Shown: piece by piece, positions 12,924 to 27,794 of the stretch
Layout of the letters: the number at the start of each line of letters is the position of its first letter
Position numbering within the stretch: the first letter of the stretch is position 1
Source: Eledone cirrhosa
Taxonomy: Eukaryota
Reading direction: 5' to 3'
DNA length: 64,000 bases
Assembly: GCA_964016885.1 (NCBI GenBank)
Contig: OZ024740.1
Coordinates: forward strand, 96,410,001 to 96,474,000
The notes under the pieces: model-generated
Databases searched by the model: none
What the model was told of the DNA's origin: nothing
The model's input: the letters and a program-made list of their open reading frames with translations, nothing else
Made by a program: the position numbers and the translations under genes

Positions 12924-13014
<91 letters not shown>

Positions 13015-13126
13015 TAAGAAGAATTCCCACTTTGTCTGATTTACTCGTTTTATTTACAATCCTTTAAAATATATAATGGTATTATAATGAAATAGTATGA
13101 TAGAATATTAAATTCTAAGTGTTAAT

Positions 13127-13165
13127 TGAACAAGTAATTTCATGCTTTCGCAATCTTCAGGTTCA
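13127..13165 (-). ncRNA. Minimal hammerhead in Neptune-like pLTR (family N), stem III mutated
   Basis: TGAAC-CTGAAGA-TTGC GAAA GCAT-GAAA-TTAC-TT^GTTCA. Confidence 0.65.
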
Positions 13166-13545
13166 TAATATGTGGTGACAGTCAAGTTTGCAATTTTCAA
13201 CTGTAATAAGATGGGTAAATTTCCTATCTTTTATACATTTTATACAGAGAAAAGTGGCTCCAGAATGCTAAGCCCTGTAAACTGTATTTCGACCAATCAG
13301 TGTGTAGTTTCACTGAATTACTAAAGCTGATTGGTTTAAGCGTCACGGCTGGTTGAGCATGTTAACGACCAATAATCATATCCAAAGCATCAATTGTTTT
13401 GCTATTTTTAGAAATGATGAAAATAGCATTTTCTATTAATCATCACCATCAACATCACTTTTATTATTATTATTAGTGTTGTTGTTGTTGTTGTTGTTAG
13501 TGGTCGTAGTCATAGTGGTAGTAGAAGTAATACCCCTAAGCGTTA

Positions 13546-15045
13546 CTATTGTTCATTTAGCTTGGGTTTGAATTTATCAATAACATTCTTTTCTTTGATT
13601 TTTCTCTTGATTTCGCTTGGGCTGTGTAATTTGTAGAATGGGAATATTATAAATATTCCCTGACCACATGTTGCTAGATGGTTGCTTAGGGGTATCTGAC
13701 GGACATTTGGGTCTCTGATTTGTTGACGGTGTACCCGTGCACGTTCCGATAGTGCATTTCCAGTTTGACTGACATATAGTTCTTCACAATTCGGGCATTT
13801 AATGCTGTAAATTAGATTTCTGCTTTTGCAGTTCATATTTGCATTTGGGAATATTCTTCCAGTTTTTGTTTTCATATATTGACCGGCGTGTATGGATTGA
13901 CATGTGCCGCATCGACTATCATTGCATTTAGATACAGTGAATGATTGGTCTTTGTTGTTAAGGTCAAACTTTGCTTTTGTTAGTAATTGCTTCACATTTT
14001 TTGGCTCTCTTTTACTAAGAGTCAAAGATCGATCTGTGATTAAGCCTTTTAATTCATTACTTTGAGCAATGATCGGTAGGTTTGCTTTGGCAGTGTTGAA
14101 GATATCCTGGTGACATGGGTTGTGTGTCATTATAAATGGTATGACCAGTTCTTTGTTTCTTCTTCCTTGGGTTGTCCTAAGTTGTATAGGTATTTTTATA
14201 GCCCGCTGTATGCCATTTTCTGTAAGTAGAGATGGGTATTTTTGTTTGAGCAAAAATTCTCTTAGTTCTGTTAGGCGTTTGTACCTGGTATTCGTATCTT
14301 CTACAATGGTATAAATTCTTCTGGCTAGGCAATATGGGATGTTGCGTTTTGTATGAGGTGGATGGCACGACTTAAATTTCAGATATTGATGGGTGCCTGT
14401 GTGTTTATAATATATATCCGTGGTAATGGTGGTGTCGTTTTTGATTATCATTATATCTAGGAATGGTAATTTGGTCCTACTCATCTCTGTTGTGAATTGG
14501 AGAGATGGGTGTAGGTTATTCAGGAGGATATTGAACTCATCCAGAGTATCTAGAGATGCTGTCCAGATGATGAAACAGTCGTCAAGGTATCTCTTCCAAG
14601 ATTTTTCAATGTACTTTCTAAAGTCAGTACTATATTTTTCCTCTATTTATTGGTAGAGTTGTTGTTTTAAGTATCCCATTACAGAGTTCGCGTAAACGGG
14701 AGCAAACTTCGTTCCCATGGCTGTGCCTCTAATTTGGATGTAATTCTTTCCATTGAAGAAGAAAGTGTTGTTTTCCAGAATAAGTTTAACTGCGTCTAAT
14801 ATAAATGGCGCTGTGAATCTAATGGGAATCACTTCTCTATGTTTTTCCACCCAGTATTTAACCGCCTTTATTCCTAAATCATGTGTAATGTTGGTGTAAA
14901 GGCTTGCCACATCAAAACTGAGTAGAAGTGAATTCGTTTCCGTGGTTTTGGGAAGATGGCACAGGAAGTCGATATCATCCCGGATGAAACTGGGTATGTG
15001 AATACATAGGGGTTTCAAAATAATGTCAACAAAATTGCTGAGACG
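13546..15045 (-). pseudogene. PLE reverse transcriptase/GIY-YIG ORF (interrupted)
   Basis: Track ORFs 14647..15075 and 13546..14484 plus the intervening YLDD segment, broken by a premature stop. Confidence 0.88.
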
Positions 15046-15057
15046 TGGGTGGGGCAT

Positions 15058-15416
<359 letters not shown>

Positions 15417-15894
15417 GTATATACATATATATATATATATACATACATGTGTGTGTGTGCGTATATGTGTGTGCGCGTGTGGATTTGCGTGTGTGTGAGC
15501 GTGTGTTTGTGCATGTATATATATTTTATATAGAAATGACTTCTACAGGTCTACAATTGTTTAATTCGAAGGAAATCATATGTATACATGTGCGTGTGTG
15601 TGTTTACGTGTGGGTATACATGTGTGTGTGTGTGTGTGTATGCGCAAGAGTGGGTGTATGTGTGTGTAAGTACGTGTGTGCGATAGTGTGTTTTTTTTTG
15701 TGTGTGTGTGTGTGTGTGTTCGCGTGTGTGTGTATTTCTATATATAGCAAGACAGTAAGAGTGGGAAATCAGATGGGTATATTTAAAGATTACCTGTTTT
15801 TCTCCAATCCGATAGAAAAATATATTGTTTATGGTTGTTACACTGTTGATTGGAGTAAGTAATAGCTTAAAAAGTCATAGAAAATAAAACTATG

Positions 15895-15975
15895 GGCGGT
15901 CTATTTAGCTCAATGTTCAGAGCACTCAGTAGGTACCTGAAAGACATGAAATTCAATCCCTCGTCACGAACGGTA
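15895..15975 (+). other. Degenerate tRNA-like sequence (SINE head remnant)
   Basis: A-box-like TAGCTCAATG and B-box-like ATTCAATCCC. Confidence 0.3.
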
Positions 15976-17124
15976 GCATTTTTATCACTATATTATTTTC
16001 TGCGATTAACTTTCCTATATTTTCTATGAACTTCATAATTCTTATGAACTTCGAAACCTCGGTATCTATCGTTAGTAATTTTCTATTTAGACATATTCTT
16101 AATAATTTATGTAAGCTACACTAAACAATATTTAAATTCTTTAGACGTGGCATTTCGGTTAAATGTAAGAGATTCGAGTTTAATCATTTTTAAAGATTTC
16201 TGGAAATGATATTCGTATTAAGCATTGTAATAGTAGGAAATGTTTTATGACTTTAGAGAGTATTTGTAATTTCACATGGTCAGGGTAATATTGGATGAGG
16301 CTCCCTGTGATTGCAAGGGTTTCAGTTTGTTTGGTGTGATAGCGTTCTAGTGTTTTTCAATGTTAGGCACGTTATGTGTCTAGCTGATGTGGATTATTGT
16401 GCAATGTTGTCGAAGTCACTGCAAACACAAAAATGTATTGTTTAGTATTATACAGAAACAGTGTAATATGACAACGAATGCTTCAAAAATCTGTTTACTT
16501 CAAACTGGGATTTAGCGGGCGTTGGTTGTTAGTTCAGGGAATATGATTCAGGGTATATATGGATGATGTTTTCTATCTAGTATAGACGTTTAGTTTATAA
16601 TTTCCATCCTTTTAGGGAGTCTTACCCAAGCCAAATATTGTCCAATGGACTAAGAGACGAGGGATAAAATATTAATTTATAGCAATTAAGCTACACGTAC
16701 ACAAATGTTTATGTGACGTCAGGGTAAATGCGTGGTGGATCTTATATCATAAATGAAACAACAAATTGGGGAGAGTGTAAAACTAAGAAGAAGAAACTAA
16801 GATATCAGCCGTTGAGATGGACTTCAGCAGTATGGACCCCAACCAACGGTACTGCAGACCCACCTAGAGTTACCATGCCTGATACAAGTCAAACGTAGAG
16901 TAAAATTCATGTGTTCATATCAATAGGAAACAGACTTCCTGGCGTAGCTTTTTCCATTATTTTTCTTGATTAGTCGTGCAAAAAACATATTTTTCTGTGG
17001 TAATTATATTATAGATTCCTATATATAGAGCACTAGTTTGTTCTCAAAAGAGATGCAAACACACACGTACGCATTTACACCTATACAAAAAAATAACTAT
17101 ACATCATTCTCTTTCTCTCTCCTC

Positions 17125-17206
<82 letters not shown>

Positions 17207-17336
17207 AAAGTTCTACTTAAAGTTGTTGGGATATAACAAGTAAATATTTTTATAACTGATATAAAGCACTCGACAAGTTTTTGGAGTAGATATGCGATAT
17301 TAATAAATGGAAACTATATTTATAAAACCATATTTA

Positions 17337-17397
17337 TTTCATTATACATATTTCAGGGATACCATATGAAATTATGGTATTCCTTCATCAGACAAAA
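17337..17397 (-). ncRNA. Type I hammerhead in inverted pLTR (family H)
   Basis: TTTTGT-CTGATGA-AGGAATACCA...TGGTATCCCT-GAAA-TATGTA-TA^ATGAAA. Confidence 0.82.
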
Positions 17398-17789
17398 TAC
17401 AGTATATAACAGTTTTACAAATAGCTTTGACGTACCCTTTTAAAATACCACCATTACTTTTGGAGACTGTCTGGATAGTGAATTGTTTATATTGTTTTAA
17501 TAAGTCATAGTGTTAAGCACAATTAGAAAAAGACGGAGATAAAGAAAAAGAAAAACGACGGAGAGAGAGAAAAGAACAAAAACGGAGAGAGAGAAAGAAA
17601 GAAAACCTGCAGAAATATCGGAGAGAGAAATGTATGGAGAAAAGAAAGAGATAAATAAAGATAGGAGGAAATAAAAAAATAATAATAATAATAATAAAAA
17701 TAATAATAATAATAAATAAATAAAAAAAAAAAAAAATAAATAAAAAAAAAAAATAGAAAATAAAAAAGTCAAAGGCCAGGACTACTTAA

Positions 17790-19689
17790 GATGTATTAAG
17801 GATAATATTGAAAACCTGGAGAAAACAGAAAATTTTAGTGAAGTCGGACAAAACTAATAACCTTTATGGAGTACAAAAGGATATGTATGACATCCTTATA
17901 TTGAAAGAACAAAGGAAAAAGTACAAGGTCGCAAGTAAGGTAAACTTGAAAAGCTGAATACAGATGCATCTTGTATAATGCATGAATGAGACATTGAGAA
18001 TAAAACACAACCCTTCATGCCTAGGAAACCCAAGATCAATATGAAGGATCACAAAAGAAACTTTGAAAATGATTTACCAGTCAGATTAATTGCACCATCC
18101 AAATCTGACCTGGGAAAACTTAGCAAAAATATTCTAGACAGGGTAATACAACAAATTATAAACTTACCTAATTTATCTTACTTAAAATTATGGAAAGGGA
18201 CTAGTGAGGTTATTGTTGGTTTAAAGAAATTAAATATAACTGTAATAATAAGTTTATTCAGCTGGATATTGCTAACTACTATTCATCTATCTCTCCTAAT
18301 CTACTGAATAAGGCACTACATTACGCATTTAAACATACTGTCCTAACTAGCAATGAAATGCACATTATATTATCGGCAAGAAAAACATTGATAGAATTTA
18401 ATAACCAACTCTGGACTAGGGCAGATAGAAATAATAATTTCGACATAACTATGGGATCATCAGACTCAGCTCAGGTAACGGACCTTGTGGGCCTATTTAT
18501 AATTAATTCGCTACATAGAAAAATGCCAGGTGTAACCCTAGGATTATATCGTGATGACACGCTTTTACTTATAGAAAATAATAGTTGTGAACTAAATAGA
18601 AAAAGAAAACAAATTATACAATTTTTTAATTACCTTAATCTAAAAATAGAAATAGAGAATAACCATAGAATAGTCAATTTTCTTGATGTAACACTAAATC
18701 TCTACACACGTCTTCACTATCCATTTCACAAACTAAATGAGAACTTGAATTATGTCAACTTTAACTCTAATCACCCCAGATCTGTTAAAAATACTATAGT
18801 GAACTCTGTTCAAGAACGAATTTCAGGTATTTCATCTAATAAAAATATATTTGATGAAAAAGCGCAGTATTACAGCGAAGCGTTAGGTAGAGCTGGATAT
18901 AGAAATAAAATTAAATACATCGATAATAATAATCATAAGCAAACTAACCAAAATAACAACAATTTCAATTACGGTAACAACTTTAACAAATATAATAGAA
19001 AACATTACAATAATTCCAAAAGCCTAAAAAGAAATAGAACTAGAAATATATCATGGTTTCCTCCCCCTTTCTCACTAAATACTAAAACCCCTATTGCTAA
19101 ACTATTCTTTAAAGTTCTTAACGCACGCTTCCCTAGAACACATAAATATTACTCAATTTTTAATAGACACTCTATAAAATTCACTTACTCGTCTACCAAA
19201 AATTTAGCACAAAATATTAATAGAATTAATAATAGGAATTTAAAACCTAACCAAAATACCTATAATAACCCAAACAATATTTAATTAAATAACTGTAACT
19301 GTAGAAATAAATCTAACTGTCCGTTAAATAACAATTGCTTAGCTAAAAATGTAGTGTACAATTGTAATGTTAAAACTAATTTAAATTCATTTAACTATAT
19401 TGGTTCCACCTCGACAGAATTTAAATTTCGCTTCAATAATCATAAGAATTCTTTCACAGATCCAAACAAAAAATCTTCAACTTCGCTATCTAGCCTACTA
19501 TGGGACCTAAAACGAGATAATATTAAATATTCGATAAATTGGAATATTATTTCATAAGCTACTCCTTTTAATTCCTCTTCAGAGAATTGTGATCTTTGTA
19601 TTGAAGAAATATTCTTTATATTACAGTCCAAAAATTCCCTTAATCTAAGGAACAATTTATTCAGTTGCTGCAGACATAGATTGAACTAA
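17790..19689 (+). pseudogene. PLE RT-GIY-YIG ORF with frameshifts and TAA stops
   Basis: Track ORFs 18017..18307, 18358..19284 and 19354..19557 are consecutive pieces. Confidence 0.9.
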
Positions 19690-20646
19690 ACGTTTAAATA
19701 TAAATATAAATTTAAAACGTAGTAAAAATAATTAAGTAATTTTAGTTAATATATGGAATGTGTCGATAAATCATTAGATTCCTTCACCTTTTTCTTTTTA
19801 AACTTTCTTCCTAAATATAAACAAGGATATAATAAACTACTCTAAAATGTCTATACTTCCAATGTATTAAATAAAATATACGTAAGGTAAATTTCTATAC
19901 TAAATATAAGGTTATATGTAGAATCATTGGTTTGTTTTAAATATTTTAAATTATTTTTATTTATTTGTTTTGATTATGATAGCTTCTCATAACTTGCATA
20001 TGTCTACCCTTTCAATATCTTGATTGAGATATACGTAGGATAAATTTCTATACTAAATATATAAAACATATTATTTTAACTTAATATACTCTATAGTGTT
20101 TTAAAGATATTTAATGCTTTGATATTTCTAGATTTCTTTTGTCTATACTGATATAGCGGCATTTCCAAAATATACTCCTTTGGTATTTTAAATGTATTTT
20201 GTTATGGTTATGTTTACAAGTTATAATCCTTTGGTAATATATTGATATTTGATTATCTCTATGCAAATGCATATGTGTATATTAACATGCATAAACAGTG
20301 TTATGGATTTTGTTTGTGTCTATATATGTCTGTATATATACCTGAGTGATGCTTCTCGACGCACGCAAATATTTATTTATACATATTTATGTGTATATAT
20401 GTATGTGTATATATATATATATGTAGTTTGGGAGATATGTTGCAGATATGCATAATATTAAACACATGAATGGTAATCGTATATATGAGGACATGAATGT
20501 TAATCGTATATATTTGTATATATATACTGTGAAATTCTTATAACACAAAGAATGTATAGCAGTGATTAAGAGAAATCATTTACGTTTTGTATGGCTATAT
20601 TGTTGGCTTCAGTAAACATAATTTCTATTTTCAGGACGTGCGTATC

Positions 20647-20728
<82 letters not shown>

Positions 20729-21539
20729 TATTTGTATGTATTTGCATAAAATACTGATCTCTATAGCAAGGGTACATTTTGAACTCAGATTTTGATATAT
20801 GATCTCAAGTTTCTAAACTAAACATATAGTCATTATTGAACAATCTTTAATTTCTCATATTATATATCTATGTCCCATTCATGAATATTGATACTTATAT
20901 TTTTATTATTCATTTCATATAAATTGTTAACTCAACTTAATATGACATGACGTAAAGTGTTCATTGTCTCCCCCTCTCTCTATATAGTATTTCTCTCTCT
21001 TGAGGTTTTCTCTCTGTATGATGACTTGATATCTCTATGTTGCCTTCCTTTATGTTTCTTATTTCTTCGTTTTCTTTCTTTTTTATTTTTTATTTTTAAT
21101 TTTTTTATTTTTTATTTATTATTTTTTTTTTTTTTTTTTTTATTATTTTTTTTTTATTTTTTTTTTATTTATTTTTTGTTTTATTTTTTTTTTTTACTTT
21201 TTATTTTTTATTTTTTATTTTTTATTTTTTATTTTTATTTTTTTTATTTTTTATTTTTTATTTCCTCCTATCTTTATTTATCTCGTTCTTTTCTCCATAC
21301 ATTTCTCTTACTCTCCGATATTTCTGCAGGTTTTCTTTCTTTCTCTCTCTCCGTCTTTGTTCTTTTCTCTCTCTCCGTCTTATTTTCTTTTTCTTTATCT
21401 CCGTCTTTTTCTAATTGTGCTTAACACTATGACTTATTAAAACAATATAAACAATTCACTATCCTGACAGCCTCCAAAAGTAATGGTGGTATTTTAAAAG
21501 GGTACGTCAAAGCTATTTGTAAAACAGTTATATATTGTA

Positions 21540-21600
21540 TTTTGTCTGATGAAGGAATACCATAATTTCATATGGTATCCCTGAAATATGTATAATGAAA
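21540..21600 (+). ncRNA. Type I hammerhead in 3' pLTR (family H)
   Basis: Same motif as 17337-17397 on the opposite strand. Confidence 0.82.
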
Positions 21601-21641
21601 TAAATATGGTTTTATAAATATAGTTTCCATTTATTAATATC

Positions 21642-21702
<61 letters not shown>

Positions 21703-21719
21703 TTTATTTCGGTTTGTTG

Positions 21720-21935
21720 GTGCACCACTTGAAGGCGACCGACTAAATTAGAAGGTGCTAGATGGTCGATCATCCGATTGTCTATGATTTACAGCCCCAT
21801 GGATTTTATCTGTTATATTCCTTTGTTATATTTCGAATACCTGATGATATCACCGGATTCATATGGAACCCGGTCATTGAAATGATCATAGTATAATAAA
21901 CCTTTCAAGGATTTACACAAGTCCAGCCTCCGGTT
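21720..21935 (+). mobile_element. HHR family C pLTR-type fragment, copy 2
   Basis: Homologous to 8420-8625; flanked by microsatellites. Confidence 0.85.
21837..21894 (+). ncRNA. Minimal type I hammerhead ribozyme (family C)
   Basis: ATAC-CTGATGA-TATCACCGG...CCGGTCATT-GAAA-TGATCA-TA^GTAT. Confidence 0.85.
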
Positions 21936-21958
21936 ATATTATTATAATAAATAAATAA

Positions 21959-22022
<64 letters not shown>

Positions 22023-22059
22023 AGGGGGTGATGTGTGTGTGTGTGTGTGTGTGTGCGTG

Positions 22060-22221
22060 CGTGTGTGTGTGTGTTGTATATATACACTCACGAACACATT
22101 TGCTAATGTGTGTGTCCATGTTTGTTGCACCAGCCAACTTTGTTAGTTCCAATGTACAATTCCAATATATACATTTTTTAAATTAACACATTGTACAAAC
22201 CTAAATAAATATATATTTTGT

Positions 22222-22253
<32 letters not shown>

Positions 22254-22465
22254 ACTTTCCCGTCGATGTCCGACGTATGAATGTCCAACAAAGGTTCAGC
22301 GCTCTGGATGGTGGTGTCACATGCGACATTTCAATATCCATCGCCTACGAAATATCCACTTATGAGTAACAAGCAGTTGTGTCGTCATTTTTTCCTCCTA
22401 CTTTTGCTGAAAGCGTGTGTGACATTCGTCACTACCTTATAATTTACAGCGAAAGTCTTTCAGAA

Positions 22466-22554
<89 letters not shown>

Positions 22555-22712
22555 TATTTGTGTGTGTGGTGGGGGCCTGCGTGTGTGTGTTGTATATATA
22601 CACTCACGAACACATTTGCTAATGTGTGTGTACATGTTTGTTGCACCAGCCAACTTTGTTAATTCCATTGTACAATTCCAATATATACATTTTTTAAGTT
22701 GACACATTGTAC
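22060..22712. repeat. Direct repeat of about 135 bp (about 22060-22197 and 22579-22712)
   Basis: GTTGTATATATACACTCACGAACACATTTGCTAATG...ACACATTGTAC occurs twice. Confidence 0.9.
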
Positions 22713-24285
22713 TTCATATATATTACATATTTTCTTATTAAAACTCTATTTGTTGCATAGCAACAAACAGATGATATTTTGACATTCATCTTTTGCGCAT
22801 GTCTAAGCTATATGATGTTTTACTGCATTCTGACTATCATTTGGTTTCATTTTTATTTTTATTTTAATTCCATCGATTTTCGAAGTAATTTGATAACGAA
22901 TTCCTAATTTTTCTGCTGTCATTAATTTTCTTCTCTTAAAAACATGTTTGTATGTATTACAAATATTTTAATGAATTCTTAAATAAATTTATTTTTATTA
23001 TCTGCTCAAAGTTTTCTCCTATTTTTTTCTTGTTTCTCTGTCACTAAACAATACACGTTTCGTATTAATTAATATTCTATCCATGTATATGAGCGGCTGT
23101 ATATGTATAAGTGTACATGTTTTAGCAACATGCATATCGAGTAATGAAAGAGGGATAGAATTTGATTTATATTGATGCAATTTGATTTATATATTGATTA
23201 AAAGAAACTAGTTATTAAACTAAATTTGAATGAATTATTAGTTCTTACACTATATCTGAAATTGATTGAGTTGGAAAACATGAGAAAATGAAAATCTAAA
23301 TAGATGTGAAAAAGCATATGGGAAATATTACACTCTGTTATTGGTTACAGTAATTGGATTGCTGTTATCCTGTAGGAATGTTCTTGAAGCGTCTTTTGCT
23401 ATCAGTGCTAACTAGACATCTCTCGCCCCAATAATGATATGAAGGTGATATTTGTGAATATATATCCTTCTAATTTGCAATTAATCCTATACATTTGAAT
23501 ATAGTTGCACACCAAACCTGACACCGTGTTCCGTACTGAATATTTCCCTTGTTATCGATTATTTCGTCTTAAAATGGCACGAGGTCTTGGCATGTAGCGA
23601 TTGACAAGTTTATAGAGGCCTTTATCCGGTGCTGAATGACAATTATTCGTGCAAAATATTTTTCCACTCTATATCATTGGGTTGCATCATATTAGACGAT
23701 AGTCAAGAGATGGCTTTACTATTTTACCTTACATTCATACTACTTTATTTTTGTCGATGGTATTGCATACTCTGTTATCCTTAACGTGTTTTAACAAATA
23801 CGGACCCTGTCTAAACACTTATCCCTAAGACGAGCCCACAACATACACACGTCAACATACATACCTACATCAGCATACATCTCTATCCACATATAAACAC
23901 AATGACATACGTAAACACACATGTTCTATGGTGCAACACAAATATACACAAATTTGCATACACTTTGATGTCTATAGATATAAACGTGCCGACACACACA
24001 CATACATATACGCACACATGCATTGCACACTGATGGGAACATATATATTTGTACACAAGTATTCCAATACGGCAAGGACTAATGAATTCCCCTTGCAGTA
24101 CGTACAATCTAGATACTCACACATACCTTGGTAATATGCCAATACTATAAATCATTTCACACCTTTTATTATTAAGGTTTTTGATGTTCTATTGAGAGAA
24201 TCGATTTTACTGAAAATATCGAATAAAGTACACCATTTTTAGCAGTATCACAAAAATACTGGTCCATCCAACTCACACACATTTT

Positions 24286-24357
<72 letters not shown>

Positions 24358-24536
24358 CACACATACATATATACACACACACATACACGCGCGTACATTA
24401 ACATACAAAGAGACACACACATACACACACACACACTTCTCCGTATATGACAACAGCTGAAAAATATATTTTAACATGTTAAAATATCCCCCACACAGGT
24501 ACAGACACATTCCTACTGACCATCCCTCTACCACGA

Positions 24537-24613
<77 letters not shown>

Positions 24614-24914
24614 ACACCCACTCGTCTTAATAAGCATTTGAACTGTCATCAGGCTGCGAATCGCACACACACCCCTGCTGACCATTATCACAACAACGAA
24701 CCTCTTTACTACTGCTACACACACATATTTGTCTTGAAAGACCTATTTTTCAGTGACTTCTCAATCAGCCGAGACAAACCTACATTTGGCGCAAAACTCA
24801 ATTTTTAATATTCACATGACCTCTACTGACCAATGTAAATTGTTTTGACCACAAACATTTTTTCATACACCTGGAGCCACTTTTTTTAACATAAAACAGG
24901 TAGAATTTCCAAAA

Positions 24915-25112
24915 CTAATCAGATTAGAGCAAACATCACGGGCGCTCTATCTCAAAATTATTTTTGAAAAGCATTAGAAATGCGCAAGCGGTAAAAACTT
25001 AAAACCAAAACTGAATACTAACCAATATTATTACAAATTTTTACTTATTCCTAATTAAACTATTTTTCACTGGGAAAAATTTGTCAGCATTTTCTTTTCC
25101 TTTTACCAATAT
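24915..25112 (+). mobile_element. Repeat family D, copy 3
   Basis: Homology to the other copies; small CTAATC-A-GATTAG hairpin at the 5' junction; (TA)n at the 3' end. Confidence 0.85.
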
Positions 25113-25257
25113 ATATATATATATATACATATCCAGGGTGTGTAACTAGGAGTTACTGCAGGTTCACCCGGCAGAGCACACGATGTTTAGGTTCACTTCT
25201 GAGATGAGGTGTAGAGCTATACAGAGTGTAATTTTATTGAACATATATATATATACA

Positions 25258-25373
<116 letters not shown>

Positions 25374-25921
25374 AGTGGTAGCTTAGTTAAATCGAAGTTT
25401 GGAAGTGGGTAAGCAATGTCGACCTACAATATAGGTGAGTTAACAGCACCCAATTACCGTGGGTCCTTAGTGTAATAAAATACGTTTTAATAGCTTGGCA
25501 AATTGAACATTGTGGTAGGCATATCCTTACTACACAATACCAAAGTAACGAAAAAACTGACAGGTTAAAAAGATACACCTGAACAAATGAAACGATATAC
25601 GTTTAAAATGTTTCTATGAATCCGAAATCCGTTATCCAACTTACGCAACAGACACGCTCGTGGTATTCCATGAGCGAACAGAGGATTCATTTCATCAACA
25701 GGGATTCCGTTCTGCCATAAATCGTAGTGGACGAGCTAAGTGCGGCCGCTAGAAGGCAGCCCTCGTACACTTAGTTGTCACGTGTTATTTCCAAGAAGGG
25801 AAGCAACCCCCGGTTTTTGGCGGGTAGATTCAAACTGTTAACAAAGGAAATATAAAAATATAAAATTTCCGCCAACATTCAAAATAAAAGCTCTCAACCA
25901 GGTGTTATTAAACAAATACAA

Positions 25922-26034
<113 letters not shown>

Positions 26035-26057
26035 TATATACAAACGTATATATATAT

Positions 26058-27118
26058 ATCATCATCATCAACATCATCACCGTTTTACGTCCGTTCTTCC
26101 ACGCTAGCATGGGTTAGACGGGTTGTCCTGTTGTGGGCAGTGTCTGGTCGGCTGACCATGCCTCGCTTATACAGGACCTGATCTGGCTTGATTTCTACAG
26201 CTGGATGCCCTTCCTAACACCAACCTCATTTACAGTGAGTGCTGGGTGCTTTTTCGTGGCGCCTACACGTCCACTTTACAGTGTGGGCTGGGTGCTTTTT
26301 TGCCGTGGCACCTCCACGACCACCTTGCGGTGGGGGAGGGGGGAGCATATTGTTTATATGCTTCAGCATGTACCCATGGGAGGTTGGGTACCCTGTATTA
26401 CTGCGTGACGCCAGAAATCACGGTCGTGTGTCATTGACTTTGAGAGGTGTAGTTGGGTAAGGTCGGCTTTTATCACCTCATCCCAAGTCATCTTGGGTCT
26501 CCCCACTCCGCGGTTTCCATCAACTTCTAGTGCTCTGCACCTTTTTATGCAGCTGTCATCCTTCATACGCATCACATGTCCATACCAGCGTAACCGCCTC
26601 TCCTGCACGCAGCATTTGATTCCTCTTATGCTCAGTCTCTCTCTCAATTCCTTTATGCTTTGTCGTTCACGTATATTACTGTTACACATCCATCGGAGCA
26701 TGCAGGCTTCGTTTCTCTCTAATCTACGTAAGTCTTCCACCTTCAGCGCCCGGGTCTCACTACCATGCAGCATCGCTGTTCGGATACACGCATCATACAG
26801 TCTGCCTTTCATTCTGAGGGAGAAGCCTTTTGCAGCTAGCAGTGGTAGTAGTTCCCTAAACTTCTTCCATCCCGTTCTTACCCTATTTATTGTACTTTCT
26901 GAGCACCCACCTCCGTTGCTAATTCGGTCACCTAGGTAGCAGAAGCTGTCTACTTTTTCTACAGGGCCCTCCCAGAGATTGGTGGTACTTGTTTCCTGTG
27001 GCTGTTTGCTTGCTGTTTGAGCACAGCTGCTGCATGTGAATCCTACATTCTTAATTAAGCTTCCTGAGATCCCGCTACATCTCTTGTGTACCCATTGTTT
27101 GCATTGTTTGCATTTGCA
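26058..27118 (-). mobile_element. 5'-truncated RTE-clade LINE (3' end of ORF, 3' UTR, (GAT)n tail)
   Basis: VDSFCYLGD...RVRTGWKKF...MLHGSET...RRLRWYGHVMRM...GRPKMTW; (CAT)n on + at 26060-26080. Confidence 0.9.
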
Positions 27119-27152
27119 TATATATATCTATATATATATAATATATACAAAC

Positions 27153-27203
<51 letters not shown>

Positions 27204-27205
27204 TA

Positions 27206-27415
27206 TTAATAAGAGGAATTCCAACTTTGTCTGATTTACTCGTTTTATTTACAATCCTTTAAAATTTCTAATGGTATTATAATGATATATATTTATTATA
27301 AATGTTAAAGGATTGTAAATAAAACGAGTAAATCGGACAAAGTTGGTATTCCTCTTATTAATATAATCTTCTATACACAATCATACACACCCGTGTATAT
27401 TTATCTATGTATCTA
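27206..27415. mobile_element. Miniature fold-back of the Neptune-like pLTR terminus
   Basis: TTAATAAGAGGAATTCCAACTTTGTC... is inverted as ...GACAAAGTTGGTATTCCTCTTATTAA, plus the same tail as at 34042-34090. Confidence 0.9.
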
Positions 27416-27448
27416 TATATATAAATATATATATACATATATATATAC

Positions 27449-27545
<97 letters not shown>

Positions 27546-27794
27546 TGTATATATATATATATATATACAATATGTTGAAAAGGTAACACACTAGAGAGAA
27601 ATACAGTGCGCCATCAATAAAACAGGGAAAAAGCACCAGTGTATGGAATCTATAACCTATGAAAGGCAGAGTATAGACACGATAATTAAAAATATTAATT
27701 AAAGCGTAAATAAATACCTCTATAACTATATAACACCCGTACAAATCGAAAGTGATCTGTTTCGCCAGTATGTTGTTGACAGAAATGAAATAAC

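Larger units (their letters stand above)
13012..15047 (-). mobile_element. 5'-truncated Neptune-like Penelope element (RT, GIY-YIG, pLTR)
   Basis: SFDVASLYTNI, GTAMGTKFAP, RYLDD (near 14580-14592), LPFLDI, SCHPPHTK, CNDSRCGTC, NCKSRNLIYSIKCPNC...YVSQTG; the 3' end meets (TA)n. Confidence 0.9.
17205..21643 (+). mobile_element. Penelope-like element (probably Hydra-type) with inverted 5' pLTR and direct 3' pLTR
   Basis: ORF remnants: PVRLIAPSKSDLGKLSK, FDITMGSSDSAQVTDLVG, GLYRDD, NFLDVTL, SNHP, WFPPPFS, CNCR..CPL..C, YIGSTST, CDLC. 17294-17690 is the reverse complement of about 21250-21642. (TA)n lies on both sides. Confidence 0.92.

Noticed and set aside
17790-19689. Selenoprotein-type (TGA-recoding) PLE as in Naiads
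   Set aside because: The endonuclease is C-terminal, and the interruptions I traced are TAA stops and frameshifts, not TGA at Cys positions.
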